From contig CT868174.1 of NCBI GenBank assembly GCA_000165425.1, positions 372,001 to 436,000 on the forward strand: 64,000 bases of DNA, in the 5' to 3' direction. Shown piece after piece: positions 26,635 through 38,967 of this stretch. The position numbers and the translations under genes were made by a program. The notes below the pieces were generated by a model, which was not told where the DNA came from, did no database searches, and was given only the letters and a program-made list of their open reading frames with translations. The DNA is from Paramecium tetraurelia. Taxonomy: Eukaryota. Numbering within the stretch: position 1 is the stretch's first letter; each line of letters opens with the position of its first letter.

Positions 26635-27143
26635 TGACAAATAACAATAAATTTTAATTATAAGACTATATTTTATATAAAATCAATTAATAATATGTTT
26701 ATTTTTATAGATATCAAATCAGAGCCAAATAATATTTTCCATTTAATTAAATAGGATATATTGATAGTAAAATAATTGATTAATAGTAATGGAGAATGTT
26801 AGCATGTCATCATAATTAATTTTTATTTTTATGACAATCTACTTATTATCAAAATATTGTCTCTAATTTATTTTGATATTAGTCAGTAATAAATGTTCTA
26901 TTAGAAGAATCAGTGCAGTTTGAAATATTTCTAGTCAAATATTTCAGTATTTAAACAGTTACAATTTGATTAATCAAAAGAAAATTAACAATAAAATATC
27001 TAAATAATGGAGGTTTAGAAGATTTAATGTTAATAATATAATAAGAATTTGACAATTCATGAAATGCTGAGAAATAATGAATTGTAAGAAACACAATTAT
27101 TATTATTGGTGACTATATATCAACATTAATTTAAAACTGATAA

Positions 27144-28840
27144 TCAATCCCATAATTTAAGTACTCCATCCCATCCACAAGTAACAACCTTGCTTGGTTC
27201 AATAGGATGCCATTCAACACCGATGCATACATTATCATGAGCCTAATTATTATAAATGAAATAGTTACTTAGATAGTTCTATAGCTTTTAGCTGTTTTCC
27301 AATCCCAAAAAAAGACTCTACCTTCTGAGTCACCAGAGGCTAAGAATTGCCCGTCTGCTGAAAATGTAACACCACATGCATATCCTGCAGAAACATGTCC
27401 TTTAAAGTTCTTCTTTCTATTCATTCTGAAATTTCCAGCTTTGGTGTCATAAACAATGATCTTAATTATAATGATAAATAGATACCAAATTATTACTTTA
27501 CTATCCAACCCAATTAAGTCCAGATGGATTAACAGCAGTAGCAGTTACTGCATGCATTTCAGGATCACTGATATGTTTTATAACAACAGGGATGCCAAAT
27601 TCCCAGATGAATAGTTTTTTGTCATCTGAACTGGAAACAAATTTTCTATTTTAATTAAAATATGTGATTGTGTTAATGGCTTGTAAATGTTCATCATATA
27701 CTAATGTTTATTGTCCACTTCTGATATCAAACTATTTTATTCTTTTATCTGATGATCCTAACAAAAATGAATGTTGTTTAGCTGGATCTGGATTTAGTCT
27801 TACACAATAAGGGAAATGTTATAGATTAATTGTTTGAGTGACTTTGCCATATTCTGTATCCCAAACTAGAATCTTCTTATCATAGGCAGCTGACAAAAAT
27901 GTCCTACCATCATTGGAGAAGTTGAGATCTCTTAGTGCTCCTTAATGACCATAATATGTTCTAACACATTATTTGTTACCAATAATATCCCACATCTTAA
28001 TTTTATTGTCTAAACTACCACTCAACATGAGATGACCAAATTTGGGAAAGAATTTAATTACTTATACACCCTTAGTGTGACCATGAAATGTTTAGATGCA
28101 TCTTTTTGGGATATAACATGTGTGATCAACATATTTTAATTCAGGTGGAGGTGCAATGAATTATCTTCCTCCAAATTACTCTGTTTAACTTACATGTTAT
28201 TCCATATAAGGCACAAAGTTTTCTTCTTATTTTTTTGATTCATCTATTTTTTATTTTCTCTATTCTTCCAATTGATCTAACAATTATTATTATTCTTCAT
28301 TCATTTATATGTTTTCAAATTATTCATCCTATTGTCCTGCCCAAGGTCCCATAAACTCTCCTTTGGATGGATCATTAGCCTTCACTCTATTACATTTTAA
28401 TTCTTATTATTTCAATTTGTCTTCTTTGTGCATACCTGCAAGTACATTTTTACTAAAAAGTGGATCTGCTGCATCTACATCATAACCTTCTTTCATTAAA
28501 CTAGATAATTGCTCTTATTTTTAATTACATGCTATCACTCTTCTATTCCTTTCTAATTTAAATTCATCATTATACCATTGGGATCAACTGCAAAACCATA
28601 CACATTGAATTTATGAAATTACTCTTCAAACACTGCATCATTGTAATATATTGATTCTACATTTCCTGTTAAATGATTCTTTTTCTATCCAAGGAAATTA
28701 TATGTTTTTGATAATTCAAGTGCTTTCTCCTCCTCCTTCTTCTTTACCAGATGTGAACAATCAACCTCAGGATTCACCAATATAGACTTTGGCTTGTTGT
28801 CCATGATCTATTGCTCATCATCACTATAATCCACTAACAT
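27144..28840 (-). CDS. CDC40: Pre-mRNA-processing factor 17 (WD40)
   Basis: MLVDYSDDE start, [92 protein letters not shown]; three short introns. Confidence 0.93.
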
Positions 28841-28937
28841 TATTAATTAATTATTTAATTAATTATCTTCTATCTTTATGATAAATTAATAAGTTAACTC
28901 TACAAAAACAGAACCAGTATAAAATAATTATGATTAA

Positions 28938-31900
28938 ATGAGAGGTAGTGTGTATGTCATAATTAGGCCCATTTTAATATACGCCATTTACGATAAACCA
29001 TCCAGGACAACCAGATGATGATTACTCGGTTAAAGACCCAACTGTAAAGACATTAGATCGATCTAAATAGTGTTTATCCCCCTATAATGTCAATCATGAG
29101 GTTTCCTTCTTATTTACATTTCTCAGATCTCCAATGAAAGGATTTCCTTTATCTAAGATTCCAATAGCATTCAATTATTGCCATTCAACCTAAAAACTCT
29201 AGAGACCGCTAAAGCATTTTAAAACAATAGGAAACTCAAAACAAAATATGCAGAACTTTTCCAAAGCAATTTTAAATTGAGCGAAAAAGCAAAGAAATTT
29301 TCGTATATTTTTGACTTGGCTGAATCAGACAATACTCTATAAAGTATAAAATGTCGAAAGTTTTAGTTGTATTGAAGCCGACCTCAAAATTACTCAAATA
29401 TTGGAGTCTCTTATATCTATTGATAATGATCATTCAGATTATCATCATCCCTCTTTAAATCGAACCCTTCTTTGTGTTATTTCTTATACTCAAAGTCATA
29501 GATGCCCTCTTGAACTCGATCTCAACATTTGCAATCAACGGAGAGATCGAAACTCAACTAACAGCCATCATAAATCATTATTGCAAATCATAATTGGTTT
29601 TTGACCTAGTAAAACAAATATATATTCAAAATATAGATTTTTCTTGGTTCCTTGCTATTTTAACAGAACTACTGGAGTATAATTATCAATCTGCTGAGTA
29701 ACATCCCGAGACTGATATAAATCTAAAAGCAAGTCTAATTGTAAATATCGATATTAAATAGTAATAGTGAATATAATATTTTTAATTCTTTCTCGCTTTT
29801 AAGTATTTTGATAACAAAAGCGATTTTACTGACCCACGTTCTAACATGTTTTTGGCTATTTAACCTGCTAATTGGAAATGAGGACTCCTTCTTAGAATAG
29901 TATTTGCATTCCTTATATTATGTACTCAGCATCATGACTTTCAATTCAGTCGTAATTGATACGAGTGATCAACAAAACATCATTGTATATAGTGTCATCT
30001 CATTGTTCTCTCTCATTTGCTTCTCCTACTTCTTAGCCAAAATGCTAACAATTTTTAGGGATGATGAATTAGATTAGTAATTGAGTGAATTCATGACTCA
30101 AAACAACCTAGACTCAACTCTCAAACAAAAAATAATTAGTCATCTACTTTATTAACCAAAATACCTTCATGATAGATTTATTTCACAATTGTCTAGTAAT
30201 TTAATTTAGGAATACAAAATCAGTCAAAGATCCAAATTAATAAACTAGTATTTTAAATACTTTAATTAAAATACGATTTAATCAATTATTGATAATAGCT
30301 ATGAAATTGTATGTTAGCCTAATTAAACTATAATTTAAGAGGGTACCTTGGATGATTGCTCATTGTATTTCATCCTAGAAGGCTCAGTGTGTTTGAAATC
30401 GAGGACTAATATAAAGTTACAGATTTTGAAATAAAACAATTCATTTGGAGAAATAGGATTTTATACTCAAAAACCACGCAATTTCACTATTCAAAGTGAT
30501 GGAGTAACTAGACTTTTGAAAATAGAACGAACAACATTCTTATCCTGTTTAAGCTTCAATGACAAAGTACAATTAAACTGATAATATTGTTTAGTAATTG
30601 TTTTATCAATAGAGAGATAAAATATTATTCAATCAAGGTTTACCAATTAAATGTGCATGTTGTTAAAAGGATGATCACATCATCACAAGATGTCCATTGT
30701 TGACTTATAAACCAAATTAAAGTTTAATTTTATAAAAGTTTATTTTTCCACACAAATAAAGCAGAAAATAATGTAATTATTCCATCTCTAATTAAATAGA
30801 TAAGCGAAGTTACTTTAAAGATATGAGAGCATTAAATTTTTATTAATGTGCATCTCAATACGAGGTGGCATTTTTAAAATTATTCTCAGATCAATTACAA
30901 TAATCATAACTTAGCCAATCTCAATTGCCTTATGATGATTTTGCTGTTCGTGATTCTAATGTAAGTGCTCGGAGTTTAACGAAATTCAGCAGAGACAGAT
31001 CTGTTGTCAAATCCACTTCTTTCATGAAGTAACAATCTGGCTATGAATAACAATCCATGCCCAACAACACCGATAATTTATTGTAATCATAAACATCATT
31101 TCAAGCCCTAATTTTGATTAAGATAACGAATTTCAAATCATAAACAACAACCAAGATAAAAAGTATGACGAATTCGAATCCTTAATAAGAACTGATCAAC
31201 AAAAAAGAACCTTTGCCACTGCTGGATTTGGATCTCAAAGCTTGGCTGCTTCCAATAAAGATTTAACTTAAAAATCTTTAAACATCATTTTGGAAAATGA
31301 AGACTCTGACAGTATCTCAGAACCCAAATCTAAATCAGTAGAGGAAGAGAACGTTGTTGATTCACCTCAAGATAAATTTGAGAGGAAGAATATTGATCCA
31401 AAATTAACATTCAATTACAATTTTGAAACTCAAATGAATGAACTTCAAAAGTAAAATTAAAGTCATCCACGTTTATCTCGTCTAGGATCTGGTTCTATTC
31501 GATAATAAAGCTCAAGAAATAGTACATATAAATATCCAGATGTAATAAGTTAACGTTAAAATTCTTCCAGATCATTAACTTACAGTCCAATCCCATCTAA
31601 TAGTTAAATAAAGTCAGGAATGCCATCCTCTAAATAGCATAGAAAGTCTACATTCTCTTTCCCCCAAAAATTAGTCTAATAAACTCGTTAAGTTGATACT
31701 ACTAATCTTGATGATAGTAGAAGTTAATAGCAAAGACATTCAATTAGAAAAATATCAACTAAAACTGGAACAAAGGTTTCTATTATCCCCTCCTGTTTCT
31801 AGCCTTTCAGCAACGTGGATGTATTCATTACTAATTATTTAAGTTACCTCTCTACGCTAATAATTCTTTTGGATTAAATAATTTTGATGCTATGTATTCA

Positions 31901-32113
31901 TTTGACTACTACCTGCCTCACAATAATTATGAAATTACAATATACAAGTATTTATTAGGTAATATCTTAAGGGCTAATAAATTTAGATATATCAGAGAAA
32001 TATATCTTTCAAAGTATTTAAATGACTATCATCTATCAAACATGATTTAACTATTAAAATAAAAAAGATTGAAAACAATGAAAACTTATACAAGTTAAAA
32101 AAAGTTAGGGTGA
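28938..32113 (+). CDS. Cyclic-nucleotide-binding-domain ion channel-like protein (EAG/HCN/CNG-type fold) with a degenerate pore signature
   Basis: S1-S3-like VLKPTSKLLKYWSLL...DALLNSIS...HYCKSQLVFD; S5 THVLTCFW; pore helix YLHSLYYVLSIMT; cNMP domain FGEIGFYTQKPRNFTIQS; CxxC...H...C knuckle; long Ser/Gln tail; about eight short introns. Confidence 0.8.
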
Positions 32114-32338
32114 TGAGAATCAAATACTTAAATTAATTATTAAATTTATATATTTTCATTTATTGCTACATAACTTAAATTATAAAACTGTAAGTTTTGA
32201 AAAATCCTTTAAAATGTTTTAAATTTTATTAAGAGCTGTTTGCGTTTTGTGTTTACTCTAATGTATTTTTTAATTTGAGATAATAAATATGAATTATTTA
32301 AGTATCAAACATTTTATTAGTTAACTTTAAATCCAAAA

Positions 32339-32659
32339 ATGGGGTGTAACGTTTAGAAAATGAAGATTTAACCAAACAAACATATTCAAACTTCCTAAAA
32401 ATTATATGAAAGTGCTTTTATTGTTTATGAAAATCAAGGCTCAATTAATAAGAAAAAATGTGATATTAAAGAAACAGATGATTTGATGGCCCAAGAAACA
32501 CAAATCAGCAGAAGACTTCAAGGGATGGTCAATGATGATGAACTCCAAAATTTCATCAATAGAAAATATAACATCCCATCGAGCCCTTTTAGATATATCA
32601 AAAAGTTCACTATATAAAGAAAAACCTAGTCTTTGATGAACAGCCCAAGAAAATTATGA
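32339..32659 (+). CDS. Small MGC-start protein (106 aa), predicted N-acylated
   Basis: Intronless frame MGCNVQKMKIQ...NSPRKL*, 107 codons. Confidence 0.65.
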
Positions 32660-33219
32660 ATTTAATTACATCTATCTTCTTTTTATTACTAATACATATT
32701 CGATATCATTGAAATATATAAAGATAAGACACTAAATATTCTCACTCGACAAAAATTAATATTCGAATTTCGTATCAAGGAGTTGTTTACCAATTCTGTC
32801 ATAGGAATATTAATAGAGAGAATATCAATTCAGGTTTTGAATGAATTCTCAAATCTTCTCATCATAAAATAGTGTTAGAATTTAAGTTTTATGGGGTATT
32901 CTTCAAAGAAACAACACCAGTTTTAATTTTGCATTGCTGATTGAGAAGATTTAACAAATTTCTTGCAATTTTGTATATTATTTTTTGTTTCTCTTTTGTT
33001 TTCTCATTATAAGTAGGTTATCTTGCAATGATTTTGATGAATTACAACCTATTAATAAATCAATATTAAATTAAATAATAAAATATAAAAAAATTCATTT
33101 AAAGACTCATCAATAATTATTAATTGAAATCTTAAAATTAGCATAGTTTATAAAGCTTTGATTATATGTACTAAGTATTTGAAATATATTTATATTAATT
33201 TAAAAAGATTTTACTTCTA

Positions 33220-33414
33220 ATGGGTTGTTGTGCTAATAAATAATAATCAAAGAATGTTTTAGAGACAAATGAGAATCAATTTAAGTCAAAAACTGAAGAT
33301 TCAAAGGCTGAACTTAAATAATTTAGAATCAATAAAAATCCTATACTTTAAAGAAGAGCCAGTTAGAAAAGCCCTCTAACTAATCATGAGTCCTTTCTGA
33401 CTAGAAATGCTTGA
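33220..33414 (+). CDS. Small MGCC-start protein (64 aa), predicted N-acylated
   Basis: Intronless frame MGCCANKQQSK...INKNPILQRRASQKSP...TRNA*, 65 codons. Confidence 0.65.
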
Positions 33415-33925
33415 ATGCTTTACTTTTGTGTTGATTTATGTTCGTATAAATAATGATAATCCTTAAATTTGATTCATTTAAAACTAAATATATAATCAAT
33501 TATGGTGAGCTAACTCCTACAGAACCTTGGGCGTCAAATAAAGAAGAAGCAGTAATATACTTAGATATCTCATAAGAATTATGAATTGAGTATAATATAA
33601 TTTATAAAATTATTGATCCAAATTTCGAAAGAAGTTAGAAAGTATTAAAAGTAAAATTGTAGATCATAATGTCAAGGAAAATGAAACGGTATATTTTGTC
33701 TTGAGAATAAAAATAAACTGCAAGCATTAGCGAAATTTTGAATAAAGTTCTGAATTCTAATAATAATATAACTAATTTTATTTTAATCATTAATATATAT
33801 TTATATATAAGTATGTTTCTCAGTATAATTAAGATAATCCTAAATTGATGAATAATTAGTTATATATAAATCTAATTCGGTTCATTTATTCATATATAAA
33901 TAAATAAAAATCATTTTTATTACTT

Positions 33926-34228
33926 ATGGGATGTGTTAGTTAAAAATAAAGTCAGGCGTAACAGCAAAATAAATGTAGATTCCAAAGCTCCTCTTTTTCC
34001 AACGTTCATCAGAATAAAAAATTAAATATCGAATCCCCTTATATACCAGACAATAATACACCTATATTATAGTGTCGGTCCATTGATATAACCAAAGATG
34101 AAGAATTTATTTTAAAAAGAGACAAGAAATTTATTGTTTCGAATCAGGAATCGCCTACTACAACCCCAAAATTTAATTAATAGAATTTAGTGAACATTGG
34201 ACAAAGAAAAAATTTCAGAGTGATGTGA
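33926..34228 (+). CDS. Small MGC-start protein (100 aa), predicted N-acylated
   Basis: Intronless frame MGCVSQKQSQAQQQ...RKNFRVM*, 101 codons. Confidence 0.65.
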
Positions 34229-35075
34229 AGCCATTTTACTAAAATATGAAGAATTCATAATTTTTGTTGAAAATATAAATATTGTTAACTAAACTTAGAT
34301 TTCCAGTCTTTTAAGTTGTCTATTCTTTAGAAATATCACTCATCTACTTGTTACAGGAATTGATATAGATATTATGATAATAGCTCTCTCATTTGTTCCT
34401 ATATAAAAAACATTTGATATTTTTTAATAAAAAAATCTTCATAATACAAATCATTATATAATAATAATTAAGTTAATTAACAATTATCTTACTTAAAGAA
34501 TATTCATGATTGTGCGTATTTCAGACTCAAATTCATTATCAATACAGATATTGGTAAAGTTATGATATTTATATTGAAACTAAAATTATAGTTAAGAAGA
34601 AAAAAGTTGTTAATTCTTGAATTCGATTTAATAAGCAACTTGAAAAAGAACTATTGACTTAATATTTTTCTTTAATTTCTGAGAAATAATAAAGGGACAT
34701 CATTTATATATTAAAATAATTGTAAAACTTTTAATGTAACTAAGGATATTAAATGTTCCATTTCGTAAAGGAATATAGTCAAGTAAGTTTATAACCTTAT
34801 TCAACTATTTCGAATCTTTGGAGGAAAAACAATAGAGGAAAATACTAAATACTTGGATATCAATAATAAAATCAACTATAAATATTGGGTCTATATATCT
34901 GATTCACAAAAAAAACTAAAACAGGATTAATCATTTTAAATTTTGGATCATATTTAGCTGTTAAAATACTAAAAAGTAATAAAGGTTGAGAAGAGGATAA
35001 ATTCTTTAAATGATATTAATTTTGATCGTATTATGAGTAAAAGATTTGTAGGGAAAATTAAACATTCACTTCTTT

Positions 35076-36888
35076 TCATAGTTATTCATAAAAAATTATA
35101 TAAGCACCCTTGTCTGAGAGATGTTGATTATTTTTATCTTTAGTTACAATTTTATCATCGAAATGATACCAAGAGTATTATCTTTAAGCATATGCTACGT
35201 AATGGCCTCCATTTAATTATCCCATATGTGAGATCACACCCTTCAAAGTATATTTTGTCTACTCAACATTTTCTGCACAAAACCTAAAGATTAAATAAAA
35301 TAATACTCTTTGATATCGAGAATTTCTGGATAAGTTACTTCATCAGTAATCTTTTAGCTCTTAGGGAATTAAGTAAAGCGTTTAAGATGCAAAATAAGAT
35401 ATTTTGGAGTCTAAGTGATTTGAATCTTCCTTAGAACAGATTTATTGACAAATTGGCATTTATCACATTTCCAAGCATCATTGATCTACTCTTCCTTAAA
35501 ATAAGTCTAGAGACAATCTTATAATTTGAATTCTCTTGGAATGTAATACTTTGATAAAGGAAGATTCAAATCTAAAATAGGATCAAAGCCTTCGCTAATC
35601 TCTTTACATTTTAAACAATGTGATTTACTGGCTATCTAACCAGCAAACAAACTGGTTATTATATCAGGATTTCTAGTTTTGTAAACATCCCAAGCTTCTT
35701 ATGCATTTTGAAACTCTTCCTTTTAATATTTATTCTTTCCAACTAGTTCTTGTTAAATTTCAGACAAGAGATACAACAAGAATTCGTGAGCATCTTGCTA
35801 CTATGAATATTTAAATTTATTTAAGCACATCGTTTAAAGCTTCTCCACAGAGATAGCTGATCCAGGGATAGAATTCTGTACAATCCTTAACAAATCTTGA
35901 TAAGCCATTGTAAATTTCTTATTTTATTACTTTGACTATTTTAATAATGAATCATTTAATTCTCTAATGCTTAAAAGAAATTGTAGAGCTGAGTTCATGT
36001 AACAGTAATATTTTGGATTTTGGAGACCTACACAAGGAAGTTCGTAGAGTTTGGGTTGTATTTTTATTGAATTAGTTTTCTAAGGATTTGATCTTCTAGT
36101 GGTGTTTGTATTTGGAGATTTTTCTGAATCCTCCATGTTATTGTATTCTAACTTTGCGATGTCGATTAGAGGTTCAATTGAAATTTTGGTAGTATTAGCT
36201 GTATGGGAAGTAACGTTAGTTTGACCATCATTGATAATATCGGGAGACATCACAGGTTTTTCCATTTCGATCATTATCTTTGGTCCTCCACCATATAAGA
36301 GATGTATAAATGTCCATGATCTCTCATTTAAAAGCACGTAATGTCTATCTGGTTATACACCAGGAAGAAGTTGAGAATCCTTTTCAGATTTAATTATGAT
36401 TAGTTCCTTTTGAGCATTCTCTTAAGTCAACAATTTGGAGTTATTAATTTTTTTTGGCACTTCCTAAATCCTTCTTTCCAAGAATGTTGTATAATTCACA
36501 GCCCACCTGAACTCTGCAAAATAAATGGTTGGTAAATCCTCTTCAATCAAAGAGGTTACGAATGATTTTTCTATATCAATGCTAAGTAACTTAAATATAA
36601 TATATACCTCAAGTTAAGTTTGCCTTCCTCTCGGTATGCCTTAATTCTGTTAACTATGTTTTCAATCTCTTGAAGCTTTTTATTTTTTTAACTCGAATCC
36701 ATAATTAGTGATTTATTTGTGGTCTCTTAGACTGGTTCCTTCTGCATTTGTTCTTCACACTTGCTCTGCTTAATTGATTCAACATCCGAATTTGCTGTAG
36801 TCGACGTGTTTTTTTGAGATCTAATAAGATTATTTAGACACATTGCTTACTTCTCTTATTTAGGCTTGGTATTGCAGCAAATAAACAT
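35076..36888 (-). CDS. Ubiquitin-specific protease (peptidase C19) with an N-terminal DUSP domain
   Basis: DUSP-like PKKINNSKLL...YVLLNERSWTFIHLLYGGGPKI; Cys box VGLQNPKYYCYMNSALQ; QQDAHEFL; His box VISHMGQLNGGHYVAY...WYHFDD...AYIIFYE. Confidence 0.9.
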
Positions 36889-37161
36889 AAATTTTTTATT
36901 TAATATCTATCTATAATTTTGAAATCAATTAAAAATTCTGTTGTTAATCTGCAATGGATTAACAATTAGTTCAAAGTGTACTTAATAATTTAATGAATAA
37001 TGTTGTTTTAATTAGACTGGTAAAATATAAATTTTTAAATAATCTCATCCTCAAAATTAATATTAATTCAGAATTTCCTATAATTCTTACCTAAACATTA
37101 AGAGTAATAATTACTTAATGAGAACTCAAAATAATTATAATTAATTTATAAATATATATTA

Positions 37162-38016
37162 ATGCTCCCAGACACAAACGAATAGCCTTAATCAATCGAG
37201 GAGTATGGAGGATTTCCAGGATCCAAATCATTTTCGATCTTAGGACTTTTGACTTTAGCTCTGGTTTATGCAAAGATGACAGTCCACTTTTATGTCAAGT
37301 GGACACTCATCTTGAGTCCTATGATTTTCTTTTTTGCCTATAAATTTCTGAAGAGCATATACAACATTAGCTAGTAATCCCGTAAGGATAAGAATTTAAG
37401 TCTCAAGCAAAGGAAAATTATTATGTTATGGAATTTATGTTAATTGTTAATCACAGCACCTTTGGCAGTGTCCACATTTTATTTGGGAGATCTAATCGAA
37501 AAGGCTATTCAATAATAAGATATAGCTGAACCTCTAATGCACTTATTTGCATGCTTTGCATTCACTTTATTAGTATATTTGCTATATTCATTAAGTTCAT
37601 AAAAAGAAACATCTTAAAATCAATCAAGCAATAAAAGCATTTTATTAAACTTTGTATTATCAATGTTTGGTAATTCAGTCAGCTTTTGTGCTGGAGGAGT
37701 TTGTAATTCATTTTACATCTCAACACTCTCTGCATTTTTTTCAGCCTTCGGAATTCCAATCACTCAATACCTACATTATTTAAACTATCTATGTATTATC
37801 CTACTAGCCTTTTCTCTATTGTCATTATATTCAGTTAAAGAATCAATACTTTATGCTCCCTTTTTGATGACCCTAATTGGTTCAAGTTTAATTGTAAATG
37901 ATATGTTTTTTTATAAATTGCCATATGCACTTTGGATTGGAAATGGGATGATTATTGGATCAGCATTTTGGAATTCGAAATTGAATTAATTCAGCTTCTT
38001 TAAGAGGAAGAAATGA
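37162..38016 (+). CDS. Multi-pass membrane protein (284 aa) with a MerC-like C-terminal half
   Basis: Intronless 285-codon frame with about eight hydrophobic segments; CAGGVC motif; YAPFLMTLIG...GNGMIIGSAFWNS; ends KRKK. Confidence 0.8.
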
Positions 38017-38084
38017 CATTGTTTGTTTATGATTTCTATATTTGTTTTATATAGTAATAATTAGAATCTCATAAAATTATATTA

Positions 38085-38448
38085 ATGGCAAGAAAAAATA
38101 ATAAACAAAAAAAGAAGGCCCAACATGCATTTATATTATAAAAGGAATAGGAAGAATAAAAGAAAAGAGAATTGAAATAATAGAAAAAATAAGAGAAAGA
38201 AGAGAATAAATGGATTGATGATTTGGATGATCTGGAAATTGATTCTGAAGAACATGTTTTTGGATTGAAAAAGAAAATTAAAAAAGACAAAAAGAACAAG
38301 AAAACAAAGAAAGAAGTATTCAATCCTTTAAATTTAGAAAAAAGTAATTAAAAAACCAGAAAGTAGAGTTGATGCTGCTCGAAGAAAAAAGAGAGAAAGA
38401 AAAGCAAGGAAACACCCTACTAGTTATTCTAAAGATATTGAAATGTGA
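38085..38448 (+). CDS. Small Lys/Glu-rich protein (possibly nucleolar)
   Basis: MARKNNKQKKKAQH...WIDDLDDLEIDSEE...RRKKRERKARK...DIEM*; one 22-nt intron. Confidence 0.7.
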
Positions 38449-38486
38449 CAATCATTCTAATCATAACATAATAAATTAATTATCAT

Positions 38487-38889
38487 TCACTTTTTCACAG
38501 CTTCTAACCTCCATAACAAGTGATCACTTATCGATATTCTTGTGTTATTCTCTACTAACATATCCCAATCTGATTTCTTCTCATTGATATATGGTACCCA
38601 AATCCTTCCCTTCAAAGGTTCATTCGGGTTATCAATTTCTATTCCTAGTACTTTTAGAATTCGAAGCAGTACCATCTAATTTTTAAATGTAATAGTGAAA
38701 CCGATCATCAGCAGTATCATAAACTGAGATAAAATTACCATCACATTTGTCAGAGACTTTCTCACTAAAACATATTCCATTCATAACATTCATTATAAGA
38801 TCACTCTTCTATTTCTCATCAAAGTATTTAAATTGCTTTTCAGTCCTATTATCAGGATGCTGAATTCGGATAACAAAACCTTGTTTCAT
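38487..38889 (-). CDS. Small protein with a DUF4430/transcobalamin beta-domain-like C-terminal pattern
   Basis: MKQGFVIRIQHPD...YYIQKLDG(28-nt intron)IEIDNPNEPLKGRIWVPYINEKKSDW...ISISDHLLWRLE*. Confidence 0.7.
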
Positions 38890-38967
38890 GTCTTCTAACT
38901 TTTTTAATAGAAATCAAACTCATTACTTTTTTATTTCCATTTGATTTTACGCATCCCATTTATTTTA

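Noticed and set aside
34480..35050. Coding-like plus-strand stretch next to the USP 3' end
   Set aside because: Multiple TGAs and frame breaks with no recognisable homology
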